64,000 nucleotides of DNA from positions 80,339-144,338 of the forward strand of contig JAVZYK010000001.1 in assembly GCA_038886195.1 (NCBI GenBank), read 5' to 3'. The DNA comes from Candidatus Pacearchaeota archaeon (GTDB taxonomy: Archaea > Nanobdellota > Nanobdellia > Pacearchaeales > UBA284). The first letter of the stretch is position 1; every line of letters begins with the position of its first letter. Position numbers and translations under genes: made by a program. Shown one piece after another: positions 9,208 through 19,095 of this stretch. The notes below the pieces were generated by a model, which saw only the letters and a list, made by a program, of their open reading frames with translations, was not told the DNA's origin and made no database searches.

Positions 9208-9972
9208 TTAAATTTTAATTTCTAATGCTAACCCAAAAATGTTTGTAACATCTTTTCCAGAGGGCCATTTCTGTTCATTATAGAATTCTAATGCTCCAGT
9301 TCTTTTTTTATTTGTAATGCCCAAACCAAGCTTTATGTTTTCATCAAGTTTTTGTCCTATTTGAGTTAGATTTAAGTTTATTAAAGGTTTATAAGAAAAA
9401 TAAAATTGTTTAAAGAATTTATAAAATTCTAACTTCATTCCAGTTTCATAATTTATGTCATAATTCCTTGGATTAATTATTTTTCCAATATAAATCTGCC
9501 AGCAATTTTGAAATTGAGAAAAGGGGTTTTTAGTTAGGGTAATTTTTTCTAAATTATAAGATTTTATTTCAGCTTCGTTTTTATTATCAACTAAATGCTG
9601 GCACCAGTGTTGGTGTGAAATTGATAATTCTATATTTTTACCAAGGGAGTGGCTTAAAGAAGCATTCCATTTGTAGAATTCATATTTCGGAGAATGAGAA
9701 GCGTAAAATGAAGCGAAAGGATTTACTTCTTTCATTAAAGTCCCTTTGGAACAATTAAAATTAAATGAAATGCCTTTGTATTTTAAAAGTTGAGATTCAA
9801 GTCCAAGTTCGACGGTTCTGTCTGTGTTCGTTATGTCTGTTATCTTCTGAATGATGATGCCTGAATTGAAATTGAATTTTGCTTTTGGCAACAACTCCAG
9901 AGAACTTGAAGTATTTAAAGAATTAGCAATTATTAAAGAAGCAAGTGAAGCGACTAAAGGAATGATTGACAT
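9208..9972 (-). CDS. Secreted beta-strand-rich protein, outer-membrane beta-barrel-like
   Basis: Hydrophobic N-terminus, about 12 alternating-pattern strands, HxCxHLxD motif, ends in the strand NIFGLALEIKI. Confidence 0.55.
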   Translation of the reverse strand: MSIIPLVASLASLIIANSLNTSSSLELLPKAKFNFNSGIIIQKITDITNTDRTVELGLESQLLKYKGISFNFNCSKGTLMKEVNPFASFYASHSPKYEFYKWNASLSHSLGKNIELSISHQHWCQHLVDNKNEAEIKSYNLEKITLTKNPFSQFQNCWQIYIGKIINPRNYDINYETGMKLEFYKFFKQFYFSYKPLINLNLTQIGQKLDENIKLGLGITNKKRTGALEFYNEQKWPSGKDVTNIFGLALEIKI

Positions 9973-10051
9973 TTTGTTTTTATTTATTAAATTTAATTTT
10001 CAAATTTTTAATTTTTTAGTTTCGTTTATTTTTAAAATTTCCTCAATAAAC

Positions 10052-10086
10052 AAACATAAAATTTTATAAAGAAAAAGAAGGGAAAA
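10052..10086 (+). repeat. Left copy of a duplicated promoter/leader segment
   Basis: AAACATAAAATTTTATAAAG (10052-10071) plus AAAAAGAAGGGAAAA (10072-10086); both blocks recur at 11350-11369 and 11393-11407. Confidence 0.75.
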
Positions 10087-10106
10087 ATAAAAATAGGTAT
10101 AAAAAA

Positions 10107-10164
10107 TACCTAAAAATAGGTAAAATATTTAAAATAAAAAGATTTAAATACCTAAAAATAGGTA
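10107..10164 (+). promoter_or_regulatory. Two identical palindromic operators around the HEPN-MNT TATA box
   Basis: TACCTA-AAAA-TAGGTA at 10107-10122 and 10149-10164; TTTAAATA at 10143-10150, about 25 nt upstream of ATG 10172. Confidence 0.75.
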
Positions 10165-10171
10165 AATATCT

Positions 10172-10705
10172 ATGAAAAGAGACGCTGAGAGCACATTTCT
10201 CGAATTATTAAAAATAAAAGCAATAGTTAAACTAACTGATATAGAAAGAGAAGACTATTTAAGATTTTTTGAGTCTACTTATAAAGATAATCTAGAAACT
10301 GCCATAGATAATTTAAGAAAACACCCTAGATGGAGTATTATCTCGGGCTATTATGCAATGCATGATTTGGCCAAGTTATTTCTTGCTAAAAAATATAGTT
10401 TAAAGATTGTCGATAGAGTGCATTTTGCAACTATTATTGCCTTGTCTAGCGTCTTGAAAGAAAATGAACAACAAATATCAGAAGCGATAGCTCTATTAAA
10501 AAAAGCAAAAGAAATTTTTGATGAAAATATTATTGGCATTAAACCAACAGAATTAGTTTCTTATTTAAGAAAGGGGAAAAGTGAAAGAGAAAAGGCCCAA
10601 TACTATCATCCAAAAATAGATTTAAAGGAAATTTCTGAAAAAGCTTCGTACTTTCTTGATGGCGTTGTTAAACCTTTTATTAAACTAATGGAGAAAATAA
10701 TATAG
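10172..10705 (+). CDS. HEPN-domain protein (toxin-like)
   Basis: WSIISGYYAMHDLAKLFL, H(FAT), REKAQYYH; adjacent to an MNT gene. Confidence 0.8.
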   Translation: MKRDAESTFLELLKIKAIVKLTDIEREDYLRFFESTYKDNLETAIDNLRKHPRWSIISGYYAMHDLAKLFLAKKYSLKIVDRVHFATIIALSSVLKENEQQISEAIALLKKAKEIFDENIIGIKPTELVSYLRKGKSEREKAQYYHPKIDLKEISEKASYFLDGVVKPFIKLMEKII

Positions 10706-10743
10706 ATAAAAAATGAAAAATAAAGAAATGCAAAAATAATAAA

Positions 10744-11313
10744 ATGTTAAGTACAATTTTATCATCAAAGTCAAATTTCAAAGTTTTAAAACTATTCTCT
10801 CTTGCACCAGGCAAACCATTAACAAGAAAGACAATTAAAGAATTTACAAAATTGCCCAATGTTTCTTTAGATATGGCTTTAAATAAATTAATTAAAGAAG
10901 AAATTTTAGAAGAAGAAAAAAGGCTTTTAAAATTAAATTTATCTAATGAAAAAACGATAGCAATTCTTGAACTACTAAAAAAAGAATCAAAAATGTTAAG
11001 GGAGATTCCTTACAAGATATGGTTGCTTTTATTTGATTTTACAATGGCGGCACAAAAAACAAGATTTAAGAAAGCATTTTTATTTGGCTCGTGGGCAAAA
11101 CACATTGCTAGAGAAGATTCTGATGTTGATATAGCATTAATAATAGAAAAAAAAGACATAAAACAAGAAATGCTTGTTGAAAAATTGGCTGAACACTTAG
11201 AAGATAAATACAAAAGAAAGATCCAGCTGCATTTTTTTGAAGAAGAACAATTCAAAAAAGCCAGAACCACTTTAGCAAAAGAGATACAAAAAGAAGCAAT
11301 TGAGATTTTTTAG
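10744..11313 (+). CDS. wHTH plus minimal nucleotidyltransferase (MntA-like antitoxin)
   Basis: N-terminal winged helix; FLFGSWAKHIAREDSDVDI (GS-x10-DxD). Confidence 0.85.
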   Translation: MLSTILSSKSNFKVLKLFSLAPGKPLTRKTIKEFTKLPNVSLDMALNKLIKEEILEEEKRLLKLNLSNEKTIAILELLKKESKMLREIPYKIWLLLFDFTMAAQKTRFKKAFLFGSWAKHIAREDSDVDIALIIEKKDIKQEMLVEKLAEHLEDKYKRKIQLHFFEEEQFKKARTTLAKEIQKEAIEIF

Positions 11314-11349
11314 GAAAAATCAATCAAAGCAAATAACAAAAAGCAAATA

Positions 11350-11407
11350 AAACATAAAATTTTATAAAGGCAAAAATCTTAAAAGTTAAGGAAAAAAGAA
11401 GGGAAAA
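11350..11407 (+). repeat. Right copy of the duplicated promoter/leader segment; promoter of the surface-protein cluster
   Basis: Exact 20-bp and 15-bp matches to 10052-10086; contains a TTTATAAA TATA box. Confidence 0.75.
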
Positions 11408-12819
11408 TGGTGAAAAGAGGAGCGTTGTTATTAGCTGGCATTATAATCTTCTTTATTTTTGCAAGCTCATTAACATCTGCAGCAAGTTGTTATTGTGATT
11501 CTTGTGCAGATTGTACAAGTAAATTGAATAATTCTTCTTGCACAGAAGTAAAATTAACAGCAAACATAATAAACTTTGTAGGCACTTGCATTGATAATCC
11601 TGCAGGTTTCAATAACAAAGTGTTTGATTGCCAAGGATATAAAATAGATGGAGATGATCTGAGATATAATTATGGAATTTACTTAAATGGCAAGCAAAAC
11701 AATACAATAAAAAATTGTGTAATTACTGACTTTTATGTTGGAATTTATTTATGGTTTTCATGGGAAAACACCCTAACAAACAACACTGCAAGCTCAAATA
11801 ATTTTGGAATTTATTTATATTATTCATCAGACAACGAGATAACAAATGCAAATGTAAGAGAAAATGAGGAGATTGGAATTGTGTTATCCTCTACTAATAA
11901 TACTAAAATTAAAAATTGTATAATTAAAGGAAATCCTTGCGATAAGTGTATATTTGTCAAAGGAAGTGGGGCGCGTCATAACTATATTACTAAAACTGAA
12001 ATTCATTCTTGTGCAACAGGAATTTTAATTTATGATTATGGTATAGGTTCTTATGCTAGTTTAACAGTTAATCAAAGCTATATTCACGACAATACTGACC
12101 AAGGCATTAGGATTTATGGCGGTAATGAAATGGGTTTAGTTTTAATAGATAGCGTAATAACTGCCAACGGAAAAGGAGTGTATTTGGATCATCGATGGGG
12201 AGCACATAAAGATCCTAAAGGATTTCTTTACAATTCCACAATCTGTAATAATACACTTGATTTGCAAATAGATACTAAAGATAATTATGATAAAGATTGT
12301 GCTGGAAGCTATGCTAAGACAATTGGTGGCACTAACGCTAATTGTCCTAATCTTAATAATTTTTGTCCAACCTTTCCTTCTTCAGGTTGTGTTTGGCAAG
12401 GAGTTTGTTCAAGATACGTACCGGCAAAAGGTGCTTCTAGCACTTTTGAATTCCCTAACATAAATTTTTGTCCTGCAATTCCAGACGAGTGCAAAAATCA
12501 ATCACCGGATCACATTGTTTGCCGCAATAACGAGGCTTATAATTGTCAGGGTTGCGGCGGATGGTATCGTGATGTTAGTTTAGATTATATATGTAAACCA
12601 AATTATTGTTTAGGGAACTATTCGACGGGATGGGTAAAATATAGAAATCATGAGAATTGCACTTCAATTAACGATTTTTATTCGGGCTGTGTAATTGACA
12701 TTACTGGAGATGGGATTTATGATAAACTTTGTTGTCCTGTTTATGATAGTCTAAATTACAATATAGCTTTGTTTGAGCCAACATCTGATATGTACTCCTT
12801 TTGTCGAAGTGTAAAATGA
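11407..12819 (+). CDS. Secreted parallel beta-helix (NosD/PbH1-like) protein with Cys-rich C-terminus
   Basis: Signal peptide; FDCQGYKIDG, GIYL...NNTIKNC repeats; many Cys. Confidence 0.8.
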   Translation: MVKRGALLLAGIIIFFIFASSLTSAASCYCDSCADCTSKLNNSSCTEVKLTANIINFVGTCIDNPAGFNNKVFDCQGYKIDGDDLRYNYGIYLNGKQNNTIKNCVITDFYVGIYLWFSWENTLTNNTASSNNFGIYLYYSSDNEITNANVRENEEIGIVLSSTNNTKIKNCIIKGNPCDKCIFVKGSGARHNYITKTEIHSCATGILIYDYGIGSYASLTVNQSYIHDNTDQGIRIYGGNEMGLVLIDSVITANGKGVYLDHRWGAHKDPKGFLYNSTICNNTLDLQIDTKDNYDKDCAGSYAKTIGGTNANCPNLNNFCPTFPSSGCVWQGVCSRYVPAKGASSTFEFPNINFCPAIPDECKNQSPDHIVCRNNEAYNCQGCGGWYRDVSLDYICKPNYCLGNYSTGWVKYRNHENCTSINDFYSGCVIDITGDGIYDKLCCPVYDSLNYNIALFEPTSDMYSFCRSVK

Positions 12820-15800
12820 GAAATATGAAAAAAATAAAAATAGAGAGAAAAATAAAAACAGAGGAATTATTTATGCTAACTTTTTTCGTGATAGCTTTTT
12901 TATTTGTCTCTTCGTTTTCAAAAGCCAATGGACTACTACACTGTACTGGTTGGGGTTTTCGGAATATTACAAATTATTGGGGCTGTTGTAATGGTAGTCA
13001 TTTTGATGGCACTAAAGGAATAGCGATGCCTTATGTGATGCAACAAACAGTTTTTTACAGCTACCATTGTTGTGGAGATAATGATGGCGTTTGTCCAGAA
13101 GATTTTAATAGCTCGCATGCTGGCGGGCGTATAAGTTGTGCTCCTAATGGAGACCCTGATTGTGGCTCGCTGCCGCTCCAATGCAACCTAACTTCTGCGA
13201 CGATAACTCCGAACTGTAGGGGCATTCCTGGGAACACTCAGGGATGTGATGTTGGAGATAATATAACTGTGACAGCGACCTTTGCGGGAAATTGTCAGGA
13301 AGTTAAGGCTCTTGAAACTAAGATTAAAGATACAAATTGTGAATTGTCTTTAGAAATTCCTTGCACAGTTAGTAGCAGTGGAAGCTGTAGTGGCGTTGCT
13401 ACTATTCGAGTAGTGCCAGATGGTTGTGAAAATAAAATAGTATATTTAAGAAATGCGACTGCATGGAATGAAACTCTTGCCGGTGCAGGACAAGTGAGGA
13501 TGGTTGTTACTTATAACGACACCCAACAACATCTTAACGGAGGTTTCAAGTTCTCTGAAAAAATTTTAAAGTTTATTGATTTGATTATATGGCCGCCGAG
13601 CGCGCTGATCCAAGTTGGAAACTTGTTTGAATGGAACTTGACAGCAGTGTTTTTCAATCAAACGAGCGGTGAGAATGTCACAAAGTATGTTGCAAATGAC
13701 GACCCTTACTCGCAGTTTTTTTATTCTAATCCGAATGTCGCGCATCATCCTGGCTCGCCTTATCCTAACAGAATCTCCAAAGGATTCTCTGCAGGCGAAA
13801 CCAATGTTGTAGGAACGTGGCCATGGCCTTGGAATTACAAACAAGACACTGCCCTATTAAAAGTTATCAATCCAACAGGTTGTGTCATATCTTTAGCAGC
13901 AATAATACCTTACTGCAGGCCTGGCGGCTGTAATGTTAGCGACAAGATCAATTTGAATGTAAAAGTCAATAGCCCTAGCTGTGATCCTGATTCAAATCCT
14001 TCAAGAATAGTTATGAAAGGACATGATTCTTCGCTTTTGTGCAATGTGGAGCTGAGTGTTGATGGAATCTATTGCGATGGCCTTGGCAACTGCAACAAAA
14101 ATTATACTATAAATTCAATTTCTGATGATTGTGCTGGCAAGACTGTCATGATTAAAGTGACTGAACTTTATAATGCAACCGGTCCTTTAGCGAGCTTGCA
14201 GGGCAACTTCGGCTCATTTCAGTTTTGGGCGCCGGCGCCTGAAGAACCGAGCTATATTACATTATGGCCTAGAGATTGGCATGCTAAAGTTGGCGATAGT
14301 GTTTCTTATGACGTTTGGGCCCATTATCCTACCAATCCTCCTAAAAATGTAACAACTGATGAATATACAAATTATAGTTCGAGCAATAACGTGGTTGCTT
14401 ATCAAATTAGTCCTAAAAACGTGTTTTATGGCAACAGTACTGGCACTACAACAATAACTGCAAGATATCCTAAAGGCTATAATTATGCTAAAGAAAATAG
14501 CACTTCACTTTATGTTTATCCTCATACTGATTGCGAGATTTTGGATGCTAATATGAGTTTTAATTGTGATGATAGTATTGGCGGCATTCCTCAATGTAAT
14601 AATGGCGACACAATTGATTTAGGAGTTGTTGTTAATCAACAATGTTATAATTTGAATATTGCAAAAATACAAATGAGAGCTCATGAAAAGTTTAATCAAG
14701 CAAATCATGGCTCTTGCAGTTTTGATATGAATGCGAGCTTTACTCAACAAGCCTGTTCCTATAATGATGGAAATTATTTCTGCCATGGAACATGGACTGT
14801 TGGAGTTCCTCCAAGTTGTCAAGGTAAAAACGTTATTGTTGATGGAGTTATAGTTTATAATTATTCAGGTAATTTTTTAGATTCAAGACAAGGCTATATA
14901 GGAAACTTTAGTTTTGTTGAAACGCCTCAGTCATTAAGAGCGATTATTGTTACTCCAAATGAAGGCGCAACATTTAATCTCTCTGAAAACCCTGTTGCTA
15001 ATTTTACACAAGCAAGCATTGGCCAGATAACTAATTGGACATGGCTTTATAGAAAGATAACAATTCCACAATCACCTTGGACAGTTCTTAGATCAACTTC
15101 AAACCCGAATGAAGCAAACATAACTAATTACGATTTTAGTTATTATGGTTGGAAAGGGGGCAATTATGATATAAACTTGACTGTTAGCAATTTAAGCTTA
15201 AGTGATGATGATATTGTTGAGATAACTTTAATTGACAACTATACGCCAATTGCCAATATAACTCGACCTTTGTGGCATGTCATACTTTATAACAATAGCG
15301 TAGTTTTTGATTCTGAATGCTTTGATCCTAACAATAATCCTTTAAACGTTACATGGTATTTTGATGATAATACTAATGTTAGCGGTCCTTATTTACAATT
15401 CAAAAATGTAACTCATATTTTTGGCCAAGCAAAACCCAATTTCTTTAGAGCATGGCTTAATGTGACTGATGGTCAAAATTCGTCAGTAGATTATGTTGAA
15501 TTTAAAATAGCTTATTGTTATCATAACAACAATTATTATTTTGCAGGTTCTTGTATTGGGCAAAATAATTTGTATTGTAATAAGAATGATTGTAATGAAT
15601 TTGGTGAATGCAATGTTGTTGCTGATTGTAGAAAATGTAATAACTGTCCAAGCAGCTATTATTGTGATGGGATGACTGGCAATTGTAGTCAAGGACCAGG
15701 ACCACAAGGCTGTCAACAATATGATCAGCAACAGTGTAACGCTCAGATAGGTTGTTATTGGGACGCTTGTAAAGCTTGTAATGATCCACAAAAACCAATT

Positions 15801-16292
15801 CGCTCTTGTTCTGATTATACTAGACCAAGTGCTTGTAATAATGACAGTACTAATTGTCAAGTAGGAATGCCTAATCATGGTTTAGGAACAGAAATTTGTG
15901 ATACATTGATTGAAACTCCTCCTGGAAGTGGCAATTATTCTTTAGTTAATAATTGTCACTGTGAATGGAATTCAAATATTAATAATTGTACTTTAGCTTA
16001 TACTTTAATTCCACAAAACCAAAATGGCGGAGGCCAGCCGCAACCAGAAGATTGCCAGTATCAAATAATAGCAGAAGATTGTGGAAGCTGTCAAGTTAGT
16101 GGAAGGGAGGGAAGAAATGTTAGTTACAAAAGAGTTTTTGGCGATCCTAATGTTTGTGTTGATCGTTCATGGTGTCAGCCTTGTGGCTTGTTGTTCAGAC
16201 CATTACCATTCTTTGAATGGTGGCAAGCCATTGTTGTAGTTGGATTGGTTGTTGTAGTTTATGCCTTTATGCTTAGAAGAAAATATTTATAA
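12816..16292 (+). CDS. Large Cys-rich surface glycoprotein with Ig-like/PKD domains and a C-terminal TM anchor
   Basis: ATGA overlap with the upstream gene; signal peptide; PKD-like VTWYFDD...VTHIF; many NxS/T sequons; ends PLPFF-TM-RRKYL. Confidence 0.8.
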   Translation: MRNMKKIKIERKIKTEELFMLTFFVIAFLFVSSFSKANGLLHCTGWGFRNITNYWGCCNGSHFDGTKGIAMPYVMQQTVFYSYHCCGDNDGVCPEDFNSSHAGGRISCAPNGDPDCGSLPLQCNLTSATITPNCRGIPGNTQGCDVGDNITVTATFAGNCQEVKALETKIKDTNCELSLEIPCTVSSSGSCSGVATIRVVPDGCENKIVYLRNATAWNETLAGAGQVRMVVTYNDTQQHLNGGFKFSEKILKFIDLIIWPPSALIQVGNLFEWNLTAVFFNQTSGENVTKYVANDDPYSQFFYSNPNVAHHPGSPYPNRISKGFSAGETNVVGTWPWPWNYKQDTALLKVINPTGCVISLAAIIPYCRPGGCNVSDKINLNVKVNSPSCDPDSNPSRIVMKGHDSSLLCNVELSVDGIYCDGLGNCNKNYTINSISDDCAGKTVMIKVTELYNATGPLASLQGNFGSFQFWAPAPEEPSYITLWPRDWHAKVGDSVSYDVWAHYPTNPPKNVTTDEYTNYSSSNNVVAYQISPKNVFYGNSTGTTTITARYPKGYNYAKENSTSLYVYPHTDCEILDANMSFNCDDSIGGIPQCNNGDTIDLGVVVNQQCYNLNIAKIQMRAHEKFNQANHGSCSFDMNASFTQQACSYNDGNYFCHGTWTVGVPPSCQGKNVIVDGVIVYNYSGNFLDSRQGYIGNFSFVETPQSLRAIIVTPNEGATFNLSENPVANFTQASIGQITNWTWLYRKITIPQSPWTVLRSTSNPNEANITNYDFSYYGWKGGNYDINLTVSNLSLSDDDIVEITLIDNYTPIANITRPLWHVILYNNSVVFDSECFDPNNNPLNVTWYFDDNTNVSGPYLQFKNVTHIFGQAKPNFFRAWLNVTDGQNSSVDYVEFKIAYCYHNNNYYFAGSCIGQNNLYCNKNDCNEFGECNVVADCRKCNNCPSSYYCDGMTGNCSQGPGPQGCQQYDQQQCNAQIGCYWDACKACNDPQKPIRSCSDYTRPSACNNDSTNCQVGMPNHGLGTEICDTLIETPPGSGNYSLVNNCHCEWNSNINNCTLAYTLIPQNQNGGGQPQPEDCQYQIIAEDCGSCQVSGREGRNVSYKRVFGDPNVCVDRSWCQPCGLLFRPLPFFEWWQAIVVVGLVVVVYAFMLRRKYL

Positions 16293-16344
16293 AAAAGACT
16301 AACTTGACTGGGTAAAAAGAGGTTAATTAAAAACGAGAAAAAAA

Positions 16345-19095
16345 ATGAAAAGAAAAGAGACAAGTATGGCAATGGCAGCAATTGTGCTGTCACTTTTTAT
16401 TTTATTGTTTTCATTTAGCTTTAGTTCTGCAACTGTTACGCCAGGAACGCCATTTTTTAATTTATCTCAAACAAGTTTTGGGCCAGGGCAAGTTATTGAA
16501 GGTTTCTTAAATTTTTCTTTAACCGATCATCCTGGCAATACAATTGTTAGAGCAACTATAAATCCTGGAGCTGTGACAAAAGAAACTACTCTTTTGAATT
16601 TCTTGAAAAATGCAACCGTGACTTTCAATTGTAATCCAACCGACTGTAATATAACTTATAATGCAACTAATGCTGGAACAACAAAAACAATATCTTTAAG
16701 TCAAGAAACTGAAGCTTATTATAGTTTGGTCGCTTTTGGTTCGAATGTTCAAGTTCAGAATTTAAGTTTTACAATGCAAGGTTCTAGCAATGCGCAGCCT
16801 GTTTGTTATGAAACTCCTTTTAAAGTTGATTTGCTTGATGATGGTATTATTGATTTTGAATATAAGGAAGTTTCGGGCTATTGTCCTCAGCGTGCGAGTA
16901 ATTGTTTTGATCCCAGTGTGGCAACACAAGTTGGTTTGTTAAGCACTACGCCTTCCTGTCAGAAAATATGGCTCAACAAGACTGGTAAGGTTAATGTTAG
17001 TGCTGTGTTAAAGCGAGAGGGCGAGCCTCAAAACCACGATATTGAATTTTTAATTTATGATTCTAATGGATTATTAAAAGGTAGCTGCAGTGTTAGTGGC
17101 TGGGAAGTTCAAGAAAATTTTGCTCCTGTAAGCTGTATTATAGGCGAAGATGAATACGGACAGCCAACCGGTTTTTATATTAGTAAAGCAGATAATTATT
17201 TTGTCTGTGTTAAGGCCTTAGGCAATATTTATTCAATAAAAAAGGAATCTCAAGGAGAGATTTGTGGTTTTTATGGTAATCCGCCTTCATCTGTTTTTAC
17301 AGAAGATTATGCAATTTATGTTTCAGAAGGTAAGTTTGCACCTTTCAATGGCGAGGCTTTTTTCAATGAAACTACAGCAATAGGAACACAAAATTTAATT
17401 GCCGCAATTCAAAGCTATCTTCAAACAAAATATAGCAATAATTGTTCTAGTGGTTGTGTAATTCCAATGAGATTTATTTCATTAGCAAGCCAACAAGTTA
17501 CACTTAATAATTTAAATTTTATTTATGCTCCAGGCCCTGGGCAAAGCGGTACAATCGACCATTATTTTTATGATCTAACTGTTGTTCCGCCCAAACTTAA
17601 TATGACTCAACAACTGGTTCAATTGCGAGCATTAAATACTACTGCACCACAACAACAAGGAAGCTATAGCATTAGTGTAATGATCATTGGCGGGCCTTCA
17701 GGGTCAGCGACTTTTAGAGTTGAGCCGGTTCCTCAAGTTCATAGCGTTTATCCTTTAACAGTTATTCCAGGTCAATCAACAACGTTCCATGTTGTAGCAA
17801 CAGCTCCTGCTGGAAGACAAATTGTAAGTTACATTTGGAATTGGGGTGATGGGTCTGGTGAAATAACTACTACTGAGCCAACTGCTTCACACATTTATAA
17901 TCAAGGAAGCTATACTTTAACTGTGAAAGTCCAAGATAATGCTTCGCTTGTCGGAAGCAAAAGTTTCACTATTGTTGCCAATATAACAAAGGAATTGTTA
18001 AACACAACGATAAATTCATTACTCGCTCGAGTTAATGCAATAACTTTACAGTTCAATGCTTTAGAGCCATGGTATAGAGACGCATTGGGTTTAAACTTAT
18101 CAAATATTAATTCAACTTTGCTAACTTTCAAAACACAATTGTCAACAGCAACTCAAACACAATTGGCCTCGATGTTTGAAACAGTTAATCAATACAAGAA
18201 TCAAGTTCCTTTAAATATAACTGACTCGTTGATCTTGAGAGAGTCGCCTTATTTCGTAAACTTAGAAAATATAAATCCTCAGTATATTTCTGAAATCACT
18301 GATGAAACTTATAGCTCGAACTTGGAAGAGCAATATAAAAATACCATTGTTTTATGGCAAGAAGAAAATTTAGACTTAACTCTTAGCGGTCAAATCAAAA
18401 CATTTGTTTATGAAACAACTTCTGAAGACAAGTTAACTGTTGTTAATATAAAACTTGCTCCTAAGACAAGTTTAAACGAAGTTTATCTTGTTTTCTCTTT
18501 GCCGAGTGGCGTTAGTTATAGTAATGTTAAAATTAAGCAAGGAAATTTTGAAACAAGCGACTTGAATGATGCGATTGGCTTTACATTTTCGGATTTAAGC
18601 TCGAGTGAAACTATAAGTTTGGCATTGCCAGGCAAGCACGATTTTTCACAATTAACATTTTATGCTTCTCCAAAGCTTGCAGAATTGAAAGTTGAAAGTG
18701 GCACGATTATGCCTGGAAAAGAAAAAAAGGCGCCTTGGGGTTTGGCTATATTTTTAATGATTGTGATCGTTTTGGTTGTCATTGCTGTTTTGTGGTTTTT
18801 ATGGCGTGGTTACAGTGAAAAGCTTGAAAAAAAATTGTTTAAGAGCCCTATGGATTTATATAATTTAATGAGTTTTATTTCAGGAGCTAAGGCAAAAGGT
18901 TTGAGAAAAGATGAAATTGAAGAACAACTTTTGAAAGCAGGATGGAATAAACAACAAATTAATTACGCATGGAAAAAATTAGAAAAGCAAGAAAAAGCAA
19001 AAGGCAAGAAGGGAAAAGAAAGAGAGATTCGACCATTGGGCGTGGGCGAAGAAGTTTTTCCTTATAAAAGCATTTACAAAAGAATTAAGCACTAG
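16345..19095 (+). CDS. PKD-domain surface protein with TM anchor and cytoplasmic helical domain
   Basis: Signal peptide; SYIWNWGDGS...HIYNQGSYTLTVKV PKD; TM; tail FISGAKAKGLRKDEIEEQLLKAGW. Confidence 0.82.
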   Translation: MKRKETSMAMAAIVLSLFILLFSFSFSSATVTPGTPFFNLSQTSFGPGQVIEGFLNFSLTDHPGNTIVRATINPGAVTKETTLLNFLKNATVTFNCNPTDCNITYNATNAGTTKTISLSQETEAYYSLVAFGSNVQVQNLSFTMQGSSNAQPVCYETPFKVDLLDDGIIDFEYKEVSGYCPQRASNCFDPSVATQVGLLSTTPSCQKIWLNKTGKVNVSAVLKREGEPQNHDIEFLIYDSNGLLKGSCSVSGWEVQENFAPVSCIIGEDEYGQPTGFYISKADNYFVCVKALGNIYSIKKESQGEICGFYGNPPSSVFTEDYAIYVSEGKFAPFNGEAFFNETTAIGTQNLIAAIQSYLQTKYSNNCSSGCVIPMRFISLASQQVTLNNLNFIYAPGPGQSGTIDHYFYDLTVVPPKLNMTQQLVQLRALNTTAPQQQGSYSISVMIIGGPSGSATFRVEPVPQVHSVYPLTVIPGQSTTFHVVATAPAGRQIVSYIWNWGDGSGEITTTEPTASHIYNQGSYTLTVKVQDNASLVGSKSFTIVANITKELLNTTINSLLARVNAITLQFNALEPWYRDALGLNLSNINSTLLTFKTQLSTATQTQLASMFETVNQYKNQVPLNITDSLILRESPYFVNLENINPQYISEITDETYSSNLEEQYKNTIVLWQEENLDLTLSGQIKTFVYETTSEDKLTVVNIKLAPKTSLNEVYLVFSLPSGVSYSNVKIKQGNFETSDLNDAIGFTFSDLSSSETISLALPGKHDFSQLTFYASPKLAELKVESGTIMPGKEKKAPWGLAIFLMIVIVLVVIAVLWFLWRGYSEKLEKKLFKSPMDLYNLMSFISGAKAKGLRKDEIEEQLLKAGWNKQQINYAWKKLEKQEKAKGKKGKEREIRPLGVGEEVFPYKSIYKRIKH

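Noticed and set aside
10090..10170. Possible mini-CRISPR
   Set aside because: Only two 16-21 bp repeats with a short AT-only spacer and no cas genes; an operator fits better.
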